Sequence record: NC_042100.1
Reading direction: 5' to 3' (one strand)
Length of the DNA stretch: 64,000 nucleotides
Of this stretch, positions 18,601 to 27,439 are shown piece after piece (position 1 is the first letter of the stretch; every line of letters starts with the position of its first letter). The notes beneath the pieces were generated by a model. That model made no database searches. It had not been told where the DNA came from and was given only the letters and a program-made list of their open reading frames with translations. The translations under genes were made by a program, and so were the position numbers.

Positions 18601-20037
18601 TTGAGTGATACTTCAGTTGACATGGTGCAAGAAGTTAACCCGATTCATGAGATAAAGGAACAGGAAACGGTCACCTTTGGTGGTAACAATGGTCGCAACG
18701 ATGTATCCATGGTTCGCCGAACTCGTGGACAACTACCGACTTACAAAGGAATTATTTCTGAGGCGGGTAAAGACTCCAGTAAAGTTGGTTACGTAACGTA
18801 TACAACGTCTAACCCTAAAGTGACTGACTTCCGTGGTAACGTGGATTTAAGTCGTGACGTGGGCAACGCTGGTTTAGGTTCGGTCACTATGAACCTGATG
18901 CCGGGGGCAAATAAAGACGACCCTAAACGAACTCTGTTTAGCGGCGTCCAGCATTCTCAAGGTACTTCTGCGGTTAACTATACACCGAACATCATGCGTG
19001 GTCCTTACGATATGGTCGTCGCTCACCGAACTTCAGAACTTTATTCTAAACCTGCTAAACAAAACGGTAAGGTGTTAGAATTAACGAATGAAGGTATTAA
19101 GGTAGAGTACGAAGATGGCACTATCGATGCCTACCCACTCGGGATTAAACTAGGGGACGCAGCTGGTGAGGTCCATCGACACAATCGTGTTACCGATTTA
19201 ACTCCGGGTGATGCGTTCAAAGCAGGCGATATCCTTGGTTGGGATGAAGTGTATTTCCAACGTGACACACTGAATCCACGTCAGGTGGTTTGGAAGTGCG
19301 GTGTGATGACTCGCATCGCCATGATCGAAAACCAGTTCACTTTTGAGGACTCTATTGAGATCTCGAAAGAGTTTGCTGAAGAAACCAAAACGTCATACGT
19401 CCTAGGGAATAAGTTCTACTTGAACTTTGACCAAGGTCTGGACATGCACGTTGATATTGGCTCTGAAGTGGACTACGACACGATTTTATGTCACATCGAG
19501 GATGCGTCCTTGGTAGGTGTAGAAAACCCAGATGACGACTTTGGAGAACTAGATCGACTAGGTGCTCGCAAAGTGAAAAGTAATCATCATGGTAAAGTGG
19601 TTAAGATTGATGTTCGTTATAACGGTGACATTAATGAGATGTCAGAACCCGTTAAGAAGTTTGTTATGAAACACGATCGGCTTCGCAAGCGTAACGCCGC
19701 TATTACCGGTGACGGTGTGGTGAACGGAAACGTTGCAGGCAGTCGTGGGATGCGAACTTCGCTTGAACCTAACCAAGTATCAATCGAAGTATTTGTTGAA
19801 GAGTTCATTGAAACTTCTACAGTAGATAAGTTCGTTATCGGTAACCAGATGAAAGGCACGGTTGGTAACATCTTCCCTAGAGAGTACTTTACTCAGGACG
19901 GAAGAAAAATTCAAATCCTGTTCTCTTTTAAATCTCTGTTTAACCGAATGGTACTGAGCCTTCGTGATAAACTCGTGACTAACGAACTGGTTATTCATGG
20001 ACAACAACAAATGATCGATATCTATCGAGGTAATTAA
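15688..20037 (+). CDS. rpoB: Virion RNA polymerase beta subunit, large fragment (phiKZ gp178-like), 1449 aa
   Basis: RpoB-like motifs NPIHEIK..TFGGNNGR, ISEAGKDSSKVG, FEDSIEIS, DKFVIGNQMKGTVG; adjacent to beta'. Confidence 0.92.
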   Translation: MQNQTPLDSEMIVDGLEALYPLFFKEFVLRRKNDLTNPRYHSLSDIELPRGSMLFYYPKHANDLGPSNQEPLINTYPDVVNIGFDSHYVIESGKARPAPLDERKQIQRYRNGHFRYKYARNIKTPMGRSKELIVVNNALGQLKWNYVPDRFLAFNKSYNQLASLLDVINTHAQGNDRQLFFRMELPNQIPIFTKFLEYFRHYEKCFELNEKGEVTFIGPNDQAIRDLKRTGAFWLLDWFAWLSGKYEYSLFDRLDPSVMERLNIVFTKHGKTVILKPGLLRTWLDELNKVVKVDGEEQIDYNTSQRQNAVKRTLAMFMRMIAQANAEVETDDDNTTSEKASTTKDGDGPNGADGSEEEESGEETPDVDPATDTDLFDDFLNGRKTHVDGPDGQSGEEPRGSGSGSDPESDQEVVENWTDELDDTEFVTEETVTSTKRSRMVDESPEAGIKRAIERKVREGQLTKSQQDFFLKQAERYKDLAMPNGQTLEEFMKIDEKALRDLPSKVAPEMIGVQDESYLNSTVTHLKKGYVEHFMQKDIVRAILAVQQAGICVTNFEQETVHNVDGTYDVYRVQFHPVGGTPVTRSFRIARVDKEGTFTVDGKKRTKALQRMDLPIRKMDDYRVGLNSYYGRKLIISRSKMAADDYGLWLSKQVRKRALRNDFELLAGNSYTNQYALPRPFTALSRRFKGINVNGAELMFDVNAIIKRDESLADQMTAESAVIGFKDKTPIKIDQHGMLTAGKEDLGSIESFLGIDVRKAPLDTANININGYRFPMGVVLSYYFGFDELLQVLEIEPRVIPGGVRVKLESDEFALRCADETLVFSRRDPMASLIFGGMAKLNNLHSFNRVDMNDPGIWVTAIDNPRVKPAHFQEMTNLLDMFIDPITHDELKRLGHATSFDYLLIEAVEMLRTEQHEHEVEIKEQRFIGYESFAGAIYHQMTSSARQYRGKAMDRRAKFDLNPEAIMMEACLSDTSVDMVQEVNPIHEIKEQETVTFGGNNGRNDVSMVRRTRGQLPTYKGIISEAGKDSSKVGYVTYTTSNPKVTDFRGNVDLSRDVGNAGLGSVTMNLMPGANKDDPKRTLFSGVQHSQGTSAVNYTPNIMRGPYDMVVAHRTSELYSKPAKQNGKVLELTNEGIKVEYEDGTIDAYPLGIKLGDAAGEVHRHNRVTDLTPGDAFKAGDILGWDEVYFQRDTLNPRQVVWKCGVMTRIAMIENQFTFEDSIEISKEFAEETKTSYVLGNKFYLNFDQGLDMHVDIGSEVDYDTILCHIEDASLVGVENPDDDFGELDRLGARKVKSNHHGKVVKIDVRYNGDINEMSEPVKKFVMKHDRLRKRNAAITGDGVVNGNVAGSRGMRTSLEPNQVSIEVFVEEFIETSTVDKFVIGNQMKGTVGNIFPREYFTQDGRKIQILFSFKSLFNRMVLSLRDKLVTNELVIHGQQQMIDIYRGN

Positions 20038-20039
20038 AA

Positions 20040-20894
20040 ATGTCATTCGCGTTAATTGGCGCTGTAAAACGTATTCAGCTGGGTGGTTTAATCGCTGGCA
20101 CGTACAACAGCAAGATTGACGGTATTTGGGGCAAGGGTAGTCGTATGGCTACCCTTAGTCTTTTCAATACTGTCATTAAAAAAGAAGAATTAAAAGATAT
20201 CCCTGCTTGGTCTAAAGCGATCGATGTAATTAAGCTTTTCCAACACAATGCTCGCCTTACTGGTTTTTATGCCGGACAGGTCGATGGGATTTGGGGTAAC
20301 GGTAGTCAGCGCGCTTTAGATAACCTAGTGCTTGCTAATCGTCGTTTTAACGATCAACCTGACTTAGACTTGGCTTGGTCTGAACGTGTTCCATCTGAGT
20401 TCACACAAATTGTAAAAGAGTGGGTAGAGGCTCGTGGCTACTTACCTTGTGTTGGTGACTATGTCATGTCCATCATGGCGTTTGAATCCGGTCGTACCTT
20501 TGACCCAGCAATCCAGAATCAAGGTGGTAGTAACGCCTTTGGTTTAATTCAATTCATGGCTCCTGCTGCAAAGGACTTAGGGTACACTTTAGATGAAATC
20601 CGAAACATGGGTCAAATCGAACAGTTAGAGAAGTGTGTTCTTCCTTATTTTGATATGCGCGCACGTCGCAAACCAATGCGTAACTTAGAAGACTTTTACT
20701 TGAGTGTTCTCTACCCAGCTTACGTTGGTAAAGCATTGGATGAAGTATTGTTTGTTGAAGGTTCAATCGGCTATCGTCAAAACCGTGGGTTAGATAAAAA
20801 CAAAGACGGCAATATTTTAGTGGGTGAGATCGCTGAGACGATCTACCGTATGTATTACGAAGGCATGAAGCCTAAAAATCGGAGCATCATTTAA
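20040..20894 (+). CDS. Modular endolysin: two peptidoglycan-binding repeats plus a lysozyme/transglycosylase-like catalytic domain
   Basis: Two GxYxxxIDGIWGxGS motifs, then MAFESGRTFDP..AFGLIQF and YRQNRGLDKNKDG. Confidence 0.85.
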   Translation: MSFALIGAVKRIQLGGLIAGTYNSKIDGIWGKGSRMATLSLFNTVIKKEELKDIPAWSKAIDVIKLFQHNARLTGFYAGQVDGIWGNGSQRALDNLVLANRRFNDQPDLDLAWSERVPSEFTQIVKEWVEARGYLPCVGDYVMSIMAFESGRTFDPAIQNQGGSNAFGLIQFMAPAAKDLGYTLDEIRNMGQIEQLEKCVLPYFDMRARRKPMRNLEDFYLSVLYPAYVGKALDEVLFVEGSIGYRQNRGLDKNKDGNILVGEIAETIYRMYYEGMKPKNRSII

Positions 20895-21055
20895 TGAAAA
20901 AACCTGAACAGTACGTTTCGGATGTATTGACGATCGCAAACATCCAAGAAGTCGTGAAGGGTGCTTTAACCAAAATCGGTTTAGAAGTCCTCCCGCCAGT
21001 TGAAGACGAGAAGGTCGTCGAAATTGTTTCTAAGTCTATCAAAGAGGAAGCGTAA
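20894..21055 (+). CDS. Small hypothetical protein (53 aa, MKKPEQYVSD...), not in the ORF track
   Basis: TAATG overlap with the endolysin stop; fills the gap up to the next gene; supplies that gene's GAGG RBS. Confidence 0.65.
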   Translation: MKKPEQYVSDVLTIANIQEVVKGALTKIGLEVLPPVEDEKVVEIVSKSIKEEA

Positions 21056-21057
21056 TC

Positions 21058-22548
21058 ATGATCAGTACTAACTCTATTATGGTCGCGTCTCCTATCGCTT
21101 TGGCTCGACAAGAAAAAGAAACTCCGTTAGTTAACCACACCGCTGATTTCATCCAAACCTTAGTGGCGATGAGTACAGGTAGTGTCCCACTGACACCAGA
21201 AAACCTAGTTAAAGAAGTTCCGGCTGGTGTTACTGCGGACAGTGAACATAACTTGGTCCAAAATCAAGCTATCGAAATGATTGCCGATGGTGTGAACAAC
21301 GCCTTCACTCAAATCCGTCAATACCTTCGTCCTCTGGATTCTAAAATTCGAACTAACATGAACGGCATATACACGCCTACGAGTGCGATCACTGCGGTTC
21401 ATAACAACCTCTACATCCGTTACATTGAACTTGATCATTTGTTCTTTGATTCTGTGATGTTCCCTACTAAAACCCCTGACCCGGTGTTTAACTATCAGGG
21501 TTTCACTACGAGTGAACTAGCAAAACACGCAGGTTGTTTCCCAGTACTAGATGAAACAGGCATCAGTAAGTTACTGGAGACCAACAACGATGAGATGCAT
21601 GACATGCTAGACATCGGTTTAGCGATGGACATCTACAACAGCTTGATCGTTCACGGTCATTGGGATCATTGGTTTGAAGTTAAAGAAGGTACGTTGAACC
21701 TGACTCCTAAGTACATGGACGTTAGTCGTTTAATGCACCTGTACGTAATCGCCTCACGTTTGTTTGTCGAAGACGACGTACTACCGGGTGTTGAACGTAT
21801 GACACTTCCTGAGTACCGTACGTACATCAACAAAATCTTGAACCTCACAACGTACACTTTACAGCACATCCGTAATCACTATCGTACTTTAGCGGAGTTA
21901 AAGCTTCCTATCTTGAAAGTGAACATGGCGGACCGTGCTTATGAGTTCAATACGGTATCGGGTGACATCACAGTCGGTCTGACTGATACTGCTATCGCGG
22001 AATTAGAAGTGTCTAATGTTTCTTTGTCTGAAGCATTAATTGGTTACGCTAAAACTTGTTTTGATCGTAAAGATAAAAACATCCCGTCTTTGATGGGCAA
22101 TCTTAAAGAGTACATTGAAGTCTACAGAGCGTACGTCCAATCCGTACAAAATGCGATCGTTCAAGAATCAGAAAGTCGTGTGAAACATATTGTCGAAGAA
22201 GCCGTGAATGAATTCCAAAAGACTCACACGGAATTCAGCGGCAAGATTGAAGGTATGGGGACTGACCTTGCTTACCGTCGCCTATATTCTGCGATTGAAA
22301 CCTCAGCTAACCAGTGGTACGCGTCTTACCGTCAGCGTGTAATCCAAGCTAACGTCCCGCTGGAAGAATTCCTAAGCACACCGTTCATTGCGATTGCTGT
22401 TGCACGTGTATTGGGTCTAGAGCTCGCCGCAGATGTCCTAGAGAAGTCTGTCGTTACTAGCGACATGACGTTGGAACAACAACGTGGTAAATTGGCGGAA
22501 GCAGTAACTGGTTGCATTACGCAACTTTGTTTCGGCAAATACCTTTAA
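21058..22548 (+). CDS. Putative internal head protein (phiKZ gp177-like by synteny), 496 aa
   Basis: Position between vRNAP beta and the beta'-C/protease genes; the function is inferred from synteny. Confidence 0.55.
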   Translation: MISTNSIMVASPIALARQEKETPLVNHTADFIQTLVAMSTGSVPLTPENLVKEVPAGVTADSEHNLVQNQAIEMIADGVNNAFTQIRQYLRPLDSKIRTNMNGIYTPTSAITAVHNNLYIRYIELDHLFFDSVMFPTKTPDPVFNYQGFTTSELAKHAGCFPVLDETGISKLLETNNDEMHDMLDIGLAMDIYNSLIVHGHWDHWFEVKEGTLNLTPKYMDVSRLMHLYVIASRLFVEDDVLPGVERMTLPEYRTYINKILNLTTYTLQHIRNHYRTLAELKLPILKVNMADRAYEFNTVSGDITVGLTDTAIAELEVSNVSLSEALIGYAKTCFDRKDKNIPSLMGNLKEYIEVYRAYVQSVQNAIVQESESRVKHIVEEAVNEFQKTHTEFSGKIEGMGTDLAYRRLYSAIETSANQWYASYRQRVIQANVPLEEFLSTPFIAIAVARVLGLELAADVLEKSVVTSDMTLEQQRGKLAEAVTGCITQLCFGKYL

Positions 22549-22564
22549 CCATAGGACGGGATAG

Positions 22565-23299
22565 ATGGAACCCAGTAAACTAACCCGTAACCAACTATTA
22601 AACCGAAAAGCATTTAAAACCCTTGAAGATGGTTCCGTGGTTGCTACCCGATCGTTGATCGGGTACATCCCACAACGTTTTGTTGAGACCAGCTTAGCTA
22701 CTGTCACTGACGTCGTTACTACTATCGGCGTCATTGGGTTTGTGGATCCTAAAACTGATCAGTTCTTCAGTATGTTTGTTCAGAGTAAATTTAACCTATC
22801 TCCAAGCAACATGGGGGAGGAGTCGGTCAATGGCGAACGATACCTTACCATGGAGTTTGAAGAAGGTGATTTAGTCTTCCGATCTCTGAGCAGTATCCAA
22901 GACCCTAACTTGAACTATTTCTTTTACCGAGAGTTTTCATGGTTAAGTAAATTACCGTGGTATGTCGAAGGTAAGAAAGTCCGTTCTATGTTTGACCAAG
23001 CAGGTTTAATTACTGGTCGTAGTGTAGGGAGTTCCCCTGCGGTATTCCGAGTAATGACTTCACTTAACGAACGTGACCCTGACGATCCTACAAAACCTTA
23101 CCGTTACTCTAAAGCCATTTTAGAAGGTCGTCCCCCACTCATGGTAGGATTGAACAACGGTAGTTTGTTGATCGATGGTACGTTCAACCGTTTGATAGGT
23201 GGTTACGATCAAGACAACTTGATCATGGCGGTGTTGGATAAAGACACCCGTGTGACATCAGAAGAATTAATTATTAAGGGCGGTTTCGCTGATGAGTAA
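22565..23299 (+). CDS. Putative vRNAP beta' C-terminal fragment (phiKZ gp176 / SPN3US gp244-like), 244 aa
   Basis: Synteny directly upstream of the protease; the C-terminal VGLNNGSLLIDGTFNRL loosely resembles RpoC region H (LGITKASLATESFISAA). Confidence 0.6.
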   Translation: MEPSKLTRNQLLNRKAFKTLEDGSVVATRSLIGYIPQRFVETSLATVTDVVTTIGVIGFVDPKTDQFFSMFVQSKFNLSPSNMGEESVNGERYLTMEFEEGDLVFRSLSSIQDPNLNYFFYREFSWLSKLPWYVEGKKVRSMFDQAGLITGRSVGSSPAVFRVMTSLNERDPDDPTKPYRYSKAILEGRPPLMVGLNNGSLLIDGTFNRLIGGYDQDNLIMAVLDKDTRVTSEELIIKGGFADE

Positions 23300-24185
23300 C
23301 AAACTAACCTACGGCAACATCGAGTTGGCTAATGCTGACAACAAAGGTATCTTAGTGCCGGATAAAGACGGGTACTACACTATCGCAGGTGGTGGGTTTA
23401 ACATGCCTAACCGAATGGGGATCGTTTACCGAATGAACCAGTATTTACTGGAGTGTTTGGAAGAAGGCCCTACGGTTGGGTCTGGTAGCGACCTACGACG
23501 TCGTATTGAGCGTGGTGAAGCCTACATGGAAATGAATCACCCGGTACAGTGGTTTTATGAAAAGGTTGACGGTCAAGTTGTACGCACTCGCATCACTGAC
23601 TTAATGACATGGATCAACCGACTCAAGACCATTGATATGGATCGCATCTGTGCGTCCATCGGTAACATCATTCCAAACTTCGATAAGTTTAATCGCACTA
23701 CCATGCAAGGCCCGGTTACCTTTGATATCGAAACAAAACCTCATGGCCCTTTCGGACATATGTTCAAAGAAAACCTTGATACCCCTCGTATGGGTACAGC
23801 GGTTTCTATTCGCACGGTTACTGCACCACAACAATTTGGAGCGGTGGTTCGTGAAGTTGAATATTGGACTGGTCTCGACTGGGTTCCAGAACCGGGTTTT
23901 GCGGAAGCCACTAAGTACCGCACTGACATGAGTGCCGTGGGTGGTATGGAGTCCCTCATCCAAGACCTATCTTGTGGTGAGAGTTCTGAGATCACACTTA
24001 GTGCGAAAGAATCCATTGAAATCATGGAGACGTGTCTAGGTAACAAAAACGACATCGTTACTCGAGAAGGCATGGAGTCTTTCAATCAACTCAACGAAAT
24101 GTTGAGTACGTTGAAGAAAAACCGACACTTCGTTAACGGTGAGCGCAAAACAGTAACTACTGTAAACCCTATGAGTCTGTTCTAG
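23292..24185 (+). CDS. Prohead (head maturation) serine protease (phiKZ gp175-like)
   Basis: GGFNxPNxxGxxY, EMNHP (His), KPHGP, VSIRT (Ser), LDWVPEPG (Asp). Confidence 0.85.
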   Translation: MSNKLTYGNIELANADNKGILVPDKDGYYTIAGGGFNMPNRMGIVYRMNQYLLECLEEGPTVGSGSDLRRRIERGEAYMEMNHPVQWFYEKVDGQVVRTRITDLMTWINRLKTIDMDRICASIGNIIPNFDKFNRTTMQGPVTFDIETKPHGPFGHMFKENLDTPRMGTAVSIRTVTAPQQFGAVVREVEYWTGLDWVPEPGFAEATKYRTDMSAVGGMESLIQDLSCGESSEITLSAKESIEIMETCLGNKNDIVTREGMESFNQLNEMLSTLKKNRHFVNGERKTVTTVNPMSLF

Positions 24186-24197
24186 GGAAACTTAAGT

Positions 24198-24215
24198 GGG
24201 CGGGGTTTCCCGTCC
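24198..24215 (+). terminator. Intrinsic terminator
   Basis: Short GC stem GGGCGGG-GTTT-CCCGTCC followed by TCTTCTTT. Confidence 0.6.
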
Positions 24216-24296
24216 TCTTCTTTGCTTTTAATAAATTTTTACTTGGGTGGTAAATATATTGGTAATCACCCTGAATTAAAAAAAAGGAATAAAAAG

Positions 24297-24962
24297 ATGT
24301 ACGCATCATACCCACAAAAATTAGCAATCGTCTCTGCCATGGCTTCTGTTCGCGGTGAAGTAATGATCATTAAAGGAATCGAGAACAGCGCTCGGACAGT
24401 ATGGGATGGCTTCCGTGATCGTGCAAGTGGTTCTCACCTTATTGAGAAGGTGGCTTTCAGCAACCTTAAGACTGAATCCCTAAAGTCTTTTTCTGCGGCG
24501 GTATTAAAATTGTGTTTGGACGCAAAAGGCAAAACTCTTAATGGTTACAGCGACGATATCATCGTTGATAAAGATGATCGCTTTACCTCAACGATTTCCC
24601 GTATGGCAGCAGTAACCAACCTTACCTTTGACCGTGCGTTCGCCACTATCCTTTCCACAGTAATTGGTTATGATCAATCATTGGTTGAGTCGATCATTCA
24701 GAAAGAAGAAACACCTGAGGCCATCGCACGTTTAACTTTTGAGTACGGCGTACGTAAGTTCGGGTTAGCGGATATGGATTACGCAGGTGTGATGTTACTT
24801 GATAACCTCGATGAAGACCTAGTAACTCAAATGAATGATCACCGTGATTTATTCTGGGCAGAGGTTACAAATGTAATCGGTGCTAAACAGTACATGGATT
24901 TATTTGAACTGGTTACTGACATTAGTTCAGTCCGTATCAAGATTCCAGAAACCCTACAGTAA
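24297..24962 (+). CDS. Hypothetical protein (221 aa)
   Basis: AAGGA RBS supports the ATG at 24297 rather than the ORF-track start. Confidence 0.75.
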   Translation: MYASYPQKLAIVSAMASVRGEVMIIKGIENSARTVWDGFRDRASGSHLIEKVAFSNLKTESLKSFSAAVLKLCLDAKGKTLNGYSDDIIVDKDDRFTSTISRMAAVTNLTFDRAFATILSTVIGYDQSLVESIIQKEETPEAIARLTFEYGVRKFGLADMDYAGVMLLDNLDEDLVTQMNDHRDLFWAEVTNVIGAKQYMDLFELVTDISSVRIKIPETLQ

Positions 24963-24971
24963 ACCTAAATA

Positions 24972-24996
24972 TTTTCACACCTATATAACTTAGGTG
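24972..24996 (+). promoter_or_regulatory. Putative phage early promoter
   Basis: TTTTCACACCTATATAACTTAGGTG; nearly identical to the copy at 2455. Confidence 0.65.
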
Positions 24997-25015
24997 TACG
25001 AGACCAAAGCGTCTT

Positions 25016-25045
25016 GGGAACTAATATTCATTAGTTCCCTTTTTT
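25016..25045 (+). terminator. Terminator-like hairpin just downstream of the promoter motif
   Basis: GGGAACTAAT-ATTC-ATTAGTTCCC followed by T6. Confidence 0.7.
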
Positions 25046-25075
25046 ATTTATCATTAATCGTAATCGAGGCTACAC

Positions 25076-25522
25076 ATGTCTAAAGAAACTCAACCAAACT
25101 ACTCTGACCTTCAAAAATCGCTTATCGAAAACCTAAAGAAGAATCATAACTACGATAAAGCCACTAACGTAGTAGTGTTTGATGCAGACAAACTGGAAAT
25201 GCCTGAAGGCGTAACAGGCGAAACTATTCAAAACCACGTAAACTACTTTAACCAACTAAGCGGTGCTGTGGAAGCAACCAACGCGGAAATCACACGTGAC
25301 CTTTACGGTAAAAACGAAGAGCACGTAAATACAGAAGGTACCCTATCTCTACCGGGTCTAACGTTTAACACACAACACAACCTTCAAATGGAAGTGGGTG
25401 ATGACAAACTGTATGGTGTTAGCACCACCATCACAGATTTCCAACACACTGAAGAAGCCAGTGATTGGTTGGCGGCTCAACGAGAGTCAAATGAATCTTT
25501 AGCACGTAAGTTGTTTAGCTAA
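25076..25522 (+). CDS. Hypothetical acidic protein (148 aa), stand-alone transcription unit
   Basis: GAGG RBS; flanked by a promoter motif and a terminator. Confidence 0.85.
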   Translation: MSKETQPNYSDLQKSLIENLKKNHNYDKATNVVVFDADKLEMPEGVTGETIQNHVNYFNQLSGAVEATNAEITRDLYGKNEEHVNTEGTLSLPGLTFNTQHNLQMEVGDDKLYGVSTTITDFQHTEEASDWLAAQRESNESLARKLFS

Positions 25523-25528
25523 GCATCT

Positions 25529-25558
25529 GACCTCTACTCCTTAACGGGAGTAGGGGTC
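25529..25558 (+). terminator. Intrinsic terminator (CTACTCC/GGAGTAG family)
   Basis: GACCTCTACTCC-TTAACG-GGAGTAGGGGTC, followed by a T tract. Confidence 0.75.
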
Positions 25559-25579
25559 CTATTTGCAATCTTTATTTTT

Positions 25580-25663
25580 TTTAACATACAGTTACTTTCA
25601 AATCTATATAACCAAGGTGAATAGCAATGAGTTATTCATTAATCAATCAACCTTTAATAAGGA
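25580..25663 (+). repeat. 84-bp promoter/stem-loop/RBS cassette, copy 1
   Basis: Near-identical to 35884-35967; contains CTATATAAC, a TGAATARC/GTTATTCA hairpin and AAGGA. Confidence 0.85.
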
Positions 25664-25670
25664 AACATTT

Positions 25671-26114
25671 ATGTACATTACTATTGCGGTTATCACGCTA
25701 CTTTTCGTAGCATGGGTGGTTTACTCTTACCATAACAGCATCGATCCATACGAGTACGGTTCAAGTATTTTAGGTAATCGAGTCTCACTCACTTTCAAGA
25801 CCAAACGAGGTGATTATCGAATCATCTTAGAGTTGAGCCAGAGTGACGAAGAATATTGGTATGACGAAAATACATTATTTATCCGTCGCGCAGTAGCAGA
25901 CACCGAGCATCTCCGTCGATCACTCACCACTAAAGACATTCGAGAGAGTGGTCCGGCTGGTGAGTTCCTTTACAAAATCATGACCGATAATCTTGAGGAC
26001 GAAGACTTCATGTTCCGTCATGCTTCAAGCATGCGTAAGTTACGTAAGTACGTACTCTCAAACTTCATGACATTACAGCTACGTCACTTGTATACCAAGG
26101 AAGCTGTTTGGTAA
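25671..26114 (+). CDS. Membrane-anchored hypothetical protein (147 aa)
   Basis: AAGGA RBS; N-terminal hydrophobic helix MYITIAVITLLFVAWVVY. Confidence 0.8.
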   Translation: MYITIAVITLLFVAWVVYSYHNSIDPYEYGSSILGNRVSLTFKTKRGDYRIILELSQSDEEYWYDENTLFIRRAVADTEHLRRSLTTKDIRESGPAGEFLYKIMTDNLEDEDFMFRHASSMRKLRKYVLSNFMTLQLRHLYTKEAVW

Positions 26115-26132
26115 GCACTAAAGTAATTCGAT

Positions 26133-26160
26133 AGGAGAGCTTAGTCTCTCCTTTTTTTTT
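26133..26160 (+). terminator. Intrinsic terminator
   Basis: AGGAGAG-CTTAGT-CTCTCCT followed by a long T run. Confidence 0.7.
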
Positions 26161-26184
26161 CAATTGATCGGACGGAGTACCATC

Positions 26185-26298
26185 ATGATCAAACTGATAG
26201 CCTTCCTCATAGTTTTCTACTATTTAGCGAAAGCCATCAGTTACTGGTGGCGTTTCTTACATAAACTCTTTAAATTTATCATCCCGGAGGATGTATGA
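26185..26298 (+). CDS. Small membrane peptide (37 aa, MIKLIAFLIVFYYLAKAISYWWRFLHKLFKFIIPEDV), not in the ORF track
   Basis: GGAG RBS; single hydrophobic helix; ATGA overlap with the next gene. Confidence 0.65.
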   Translation: MIKLIAFLIVFYYLAKAISYWWRFLHKLFKFIIPEDV

Positions 26299-26777
26299 CT
26301 ACTCTATTTATCACTCTTACTGTACTTGCTTTCATGGCTATTGGTCTTGCGTACCATTCGTTTAAACAAAAGTACACAGATGGTCCGATCAAACTAACCG
26401 CACGTTCTGCTGTGACAGAAGATCGTTTAGCTATCTCTATCTATAACACTAAAGGTCGTGAGCTGTACTTACACATCGCACGATCTAATCGTCGTCTAAC
26501 AAAACTGAGCTACGAACAAGAAACTGGCGCTTACATGTTAGAGTTGAGCGGTGAAGATCAATCTGCACACGAATACCACATGGGTATTTTAGAAGCTCTG
26601 GCGTTCAATGACCTTGATCCTAAGAACCCAATTACTTTACACAACGACTTAGATCTTATTGAAGTGATGCTGAAAGGCACATTGAGAGAAGACCATAGTC
26701 GCACAACACGTAACGAATTACGTAAAGCACGTAACGAGTACGTAGCGTACCTTAATCAACTGCAAGAAGAGAAATAA
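26295..26777 (+). CDS. Membrane-anchored hypothetical protein (160 aa)
   Basis: GGAGG RBS; N-terminal hydrophobic helix. Confidence 0.8.
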   Translation: MTTLFITLTVLAFMAIGLAYHSFKQKYTDGPIKLTARSAVTEDRLAISIYNTKGRELYLHIARSNRRLTKLSYEQETGAYMLELSGEDQSAHEYHMGILEALAFNDLDPKNPITLHNDLDLIEVMLKGTLREDHSRTTRNELRKARNEYVAYLNQLQEEK

Positions 26778-26779
26778 TC

Positions 26780-27439
26780 ATGGAATTCACAACTTTACAA
26801 GCAGCGTTAGCTATCATCTTTACTTTAAGCGTTGTGGCGCTTTACACTTACTTTAATGGGTTACGTCGTGACCCTAATAAAAGTTTCACCTTCGAGGTAA
26901 CTAATACTCGTGGTGTTATTATCGTAAAAGCGTGTAACGCTATAAGACCAGAGCTTGGATTTGAAGCTCACTTCTATCCAACTAAAAGAGAACAAGTGGA
27001 AGAGTTTGTCAAAAGCATCGATGGGGAAGAGTTGGAAATCTTTGCTTTCCGTGAAGGTCGTCAGCGTCCAACTTATGCTAAACCTCACATGCAACAATAC
27101 TTCGGAAAACGTGTTTACACATTCCGTGGCGTCAATACAGATTCTCATTACTTGGACATTAACTTGTTGGGTGAGCAAATCATTGACATCTGTTTACAAC
27201 AACAATTAACTACGTCTGAAGACCGTGTCAAGTTTGATATGGGTCTGCTGCGTGATCTGTTGTTTGGATTCGAATACGAGGAAATGCAATTAGCTTCACA
27301 AGTGTATTCACCAGATATGTTTAACTCGATTGTGTCAGCAAGCAAAGAGTTCTCTAAAGTGAATGCATTGAGTTACAAAATCCAATCGGATTCTGTTCAA
27401 CCTAAAGTTTCATACAAGTGGTTGCAACAACCAGCATGA
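26780..27439 (+). CDS. Membrane-anchored hypothetical protein (219 aa)
   Basis: N-terminal hydrophobic helix AALAIIFTLSVVALYTYF. Confidence 0.8.
   Translation: MEFTTLQAALAIIFTLSVVALYTYFNGLRRDPNKSFTFEVTNTRGVIIVKACNAIRPELGFEAHFYPTKREQVEEFVKSIDGEELEIFAFREGRQRPTYAKPHMQQYFGKRVYTFRGVNTDSHYLDINLLGEQIIDICLQQQLTTSEDRVKFDMGLLRDLLFGFEYEEMQLASQVYSPDMFNSIVSASKEFSKVNALSYKIQSDSVQPKVSYKWLQQPA

Noticed and set aside
14078-20037. Introns, inteins or a homing endonuclease in or between the vRNAP genes
   Set aside because: Both ORFs are continuous, of about the expected size and only 2 bp apart; no intein or HNH motifs were seen.
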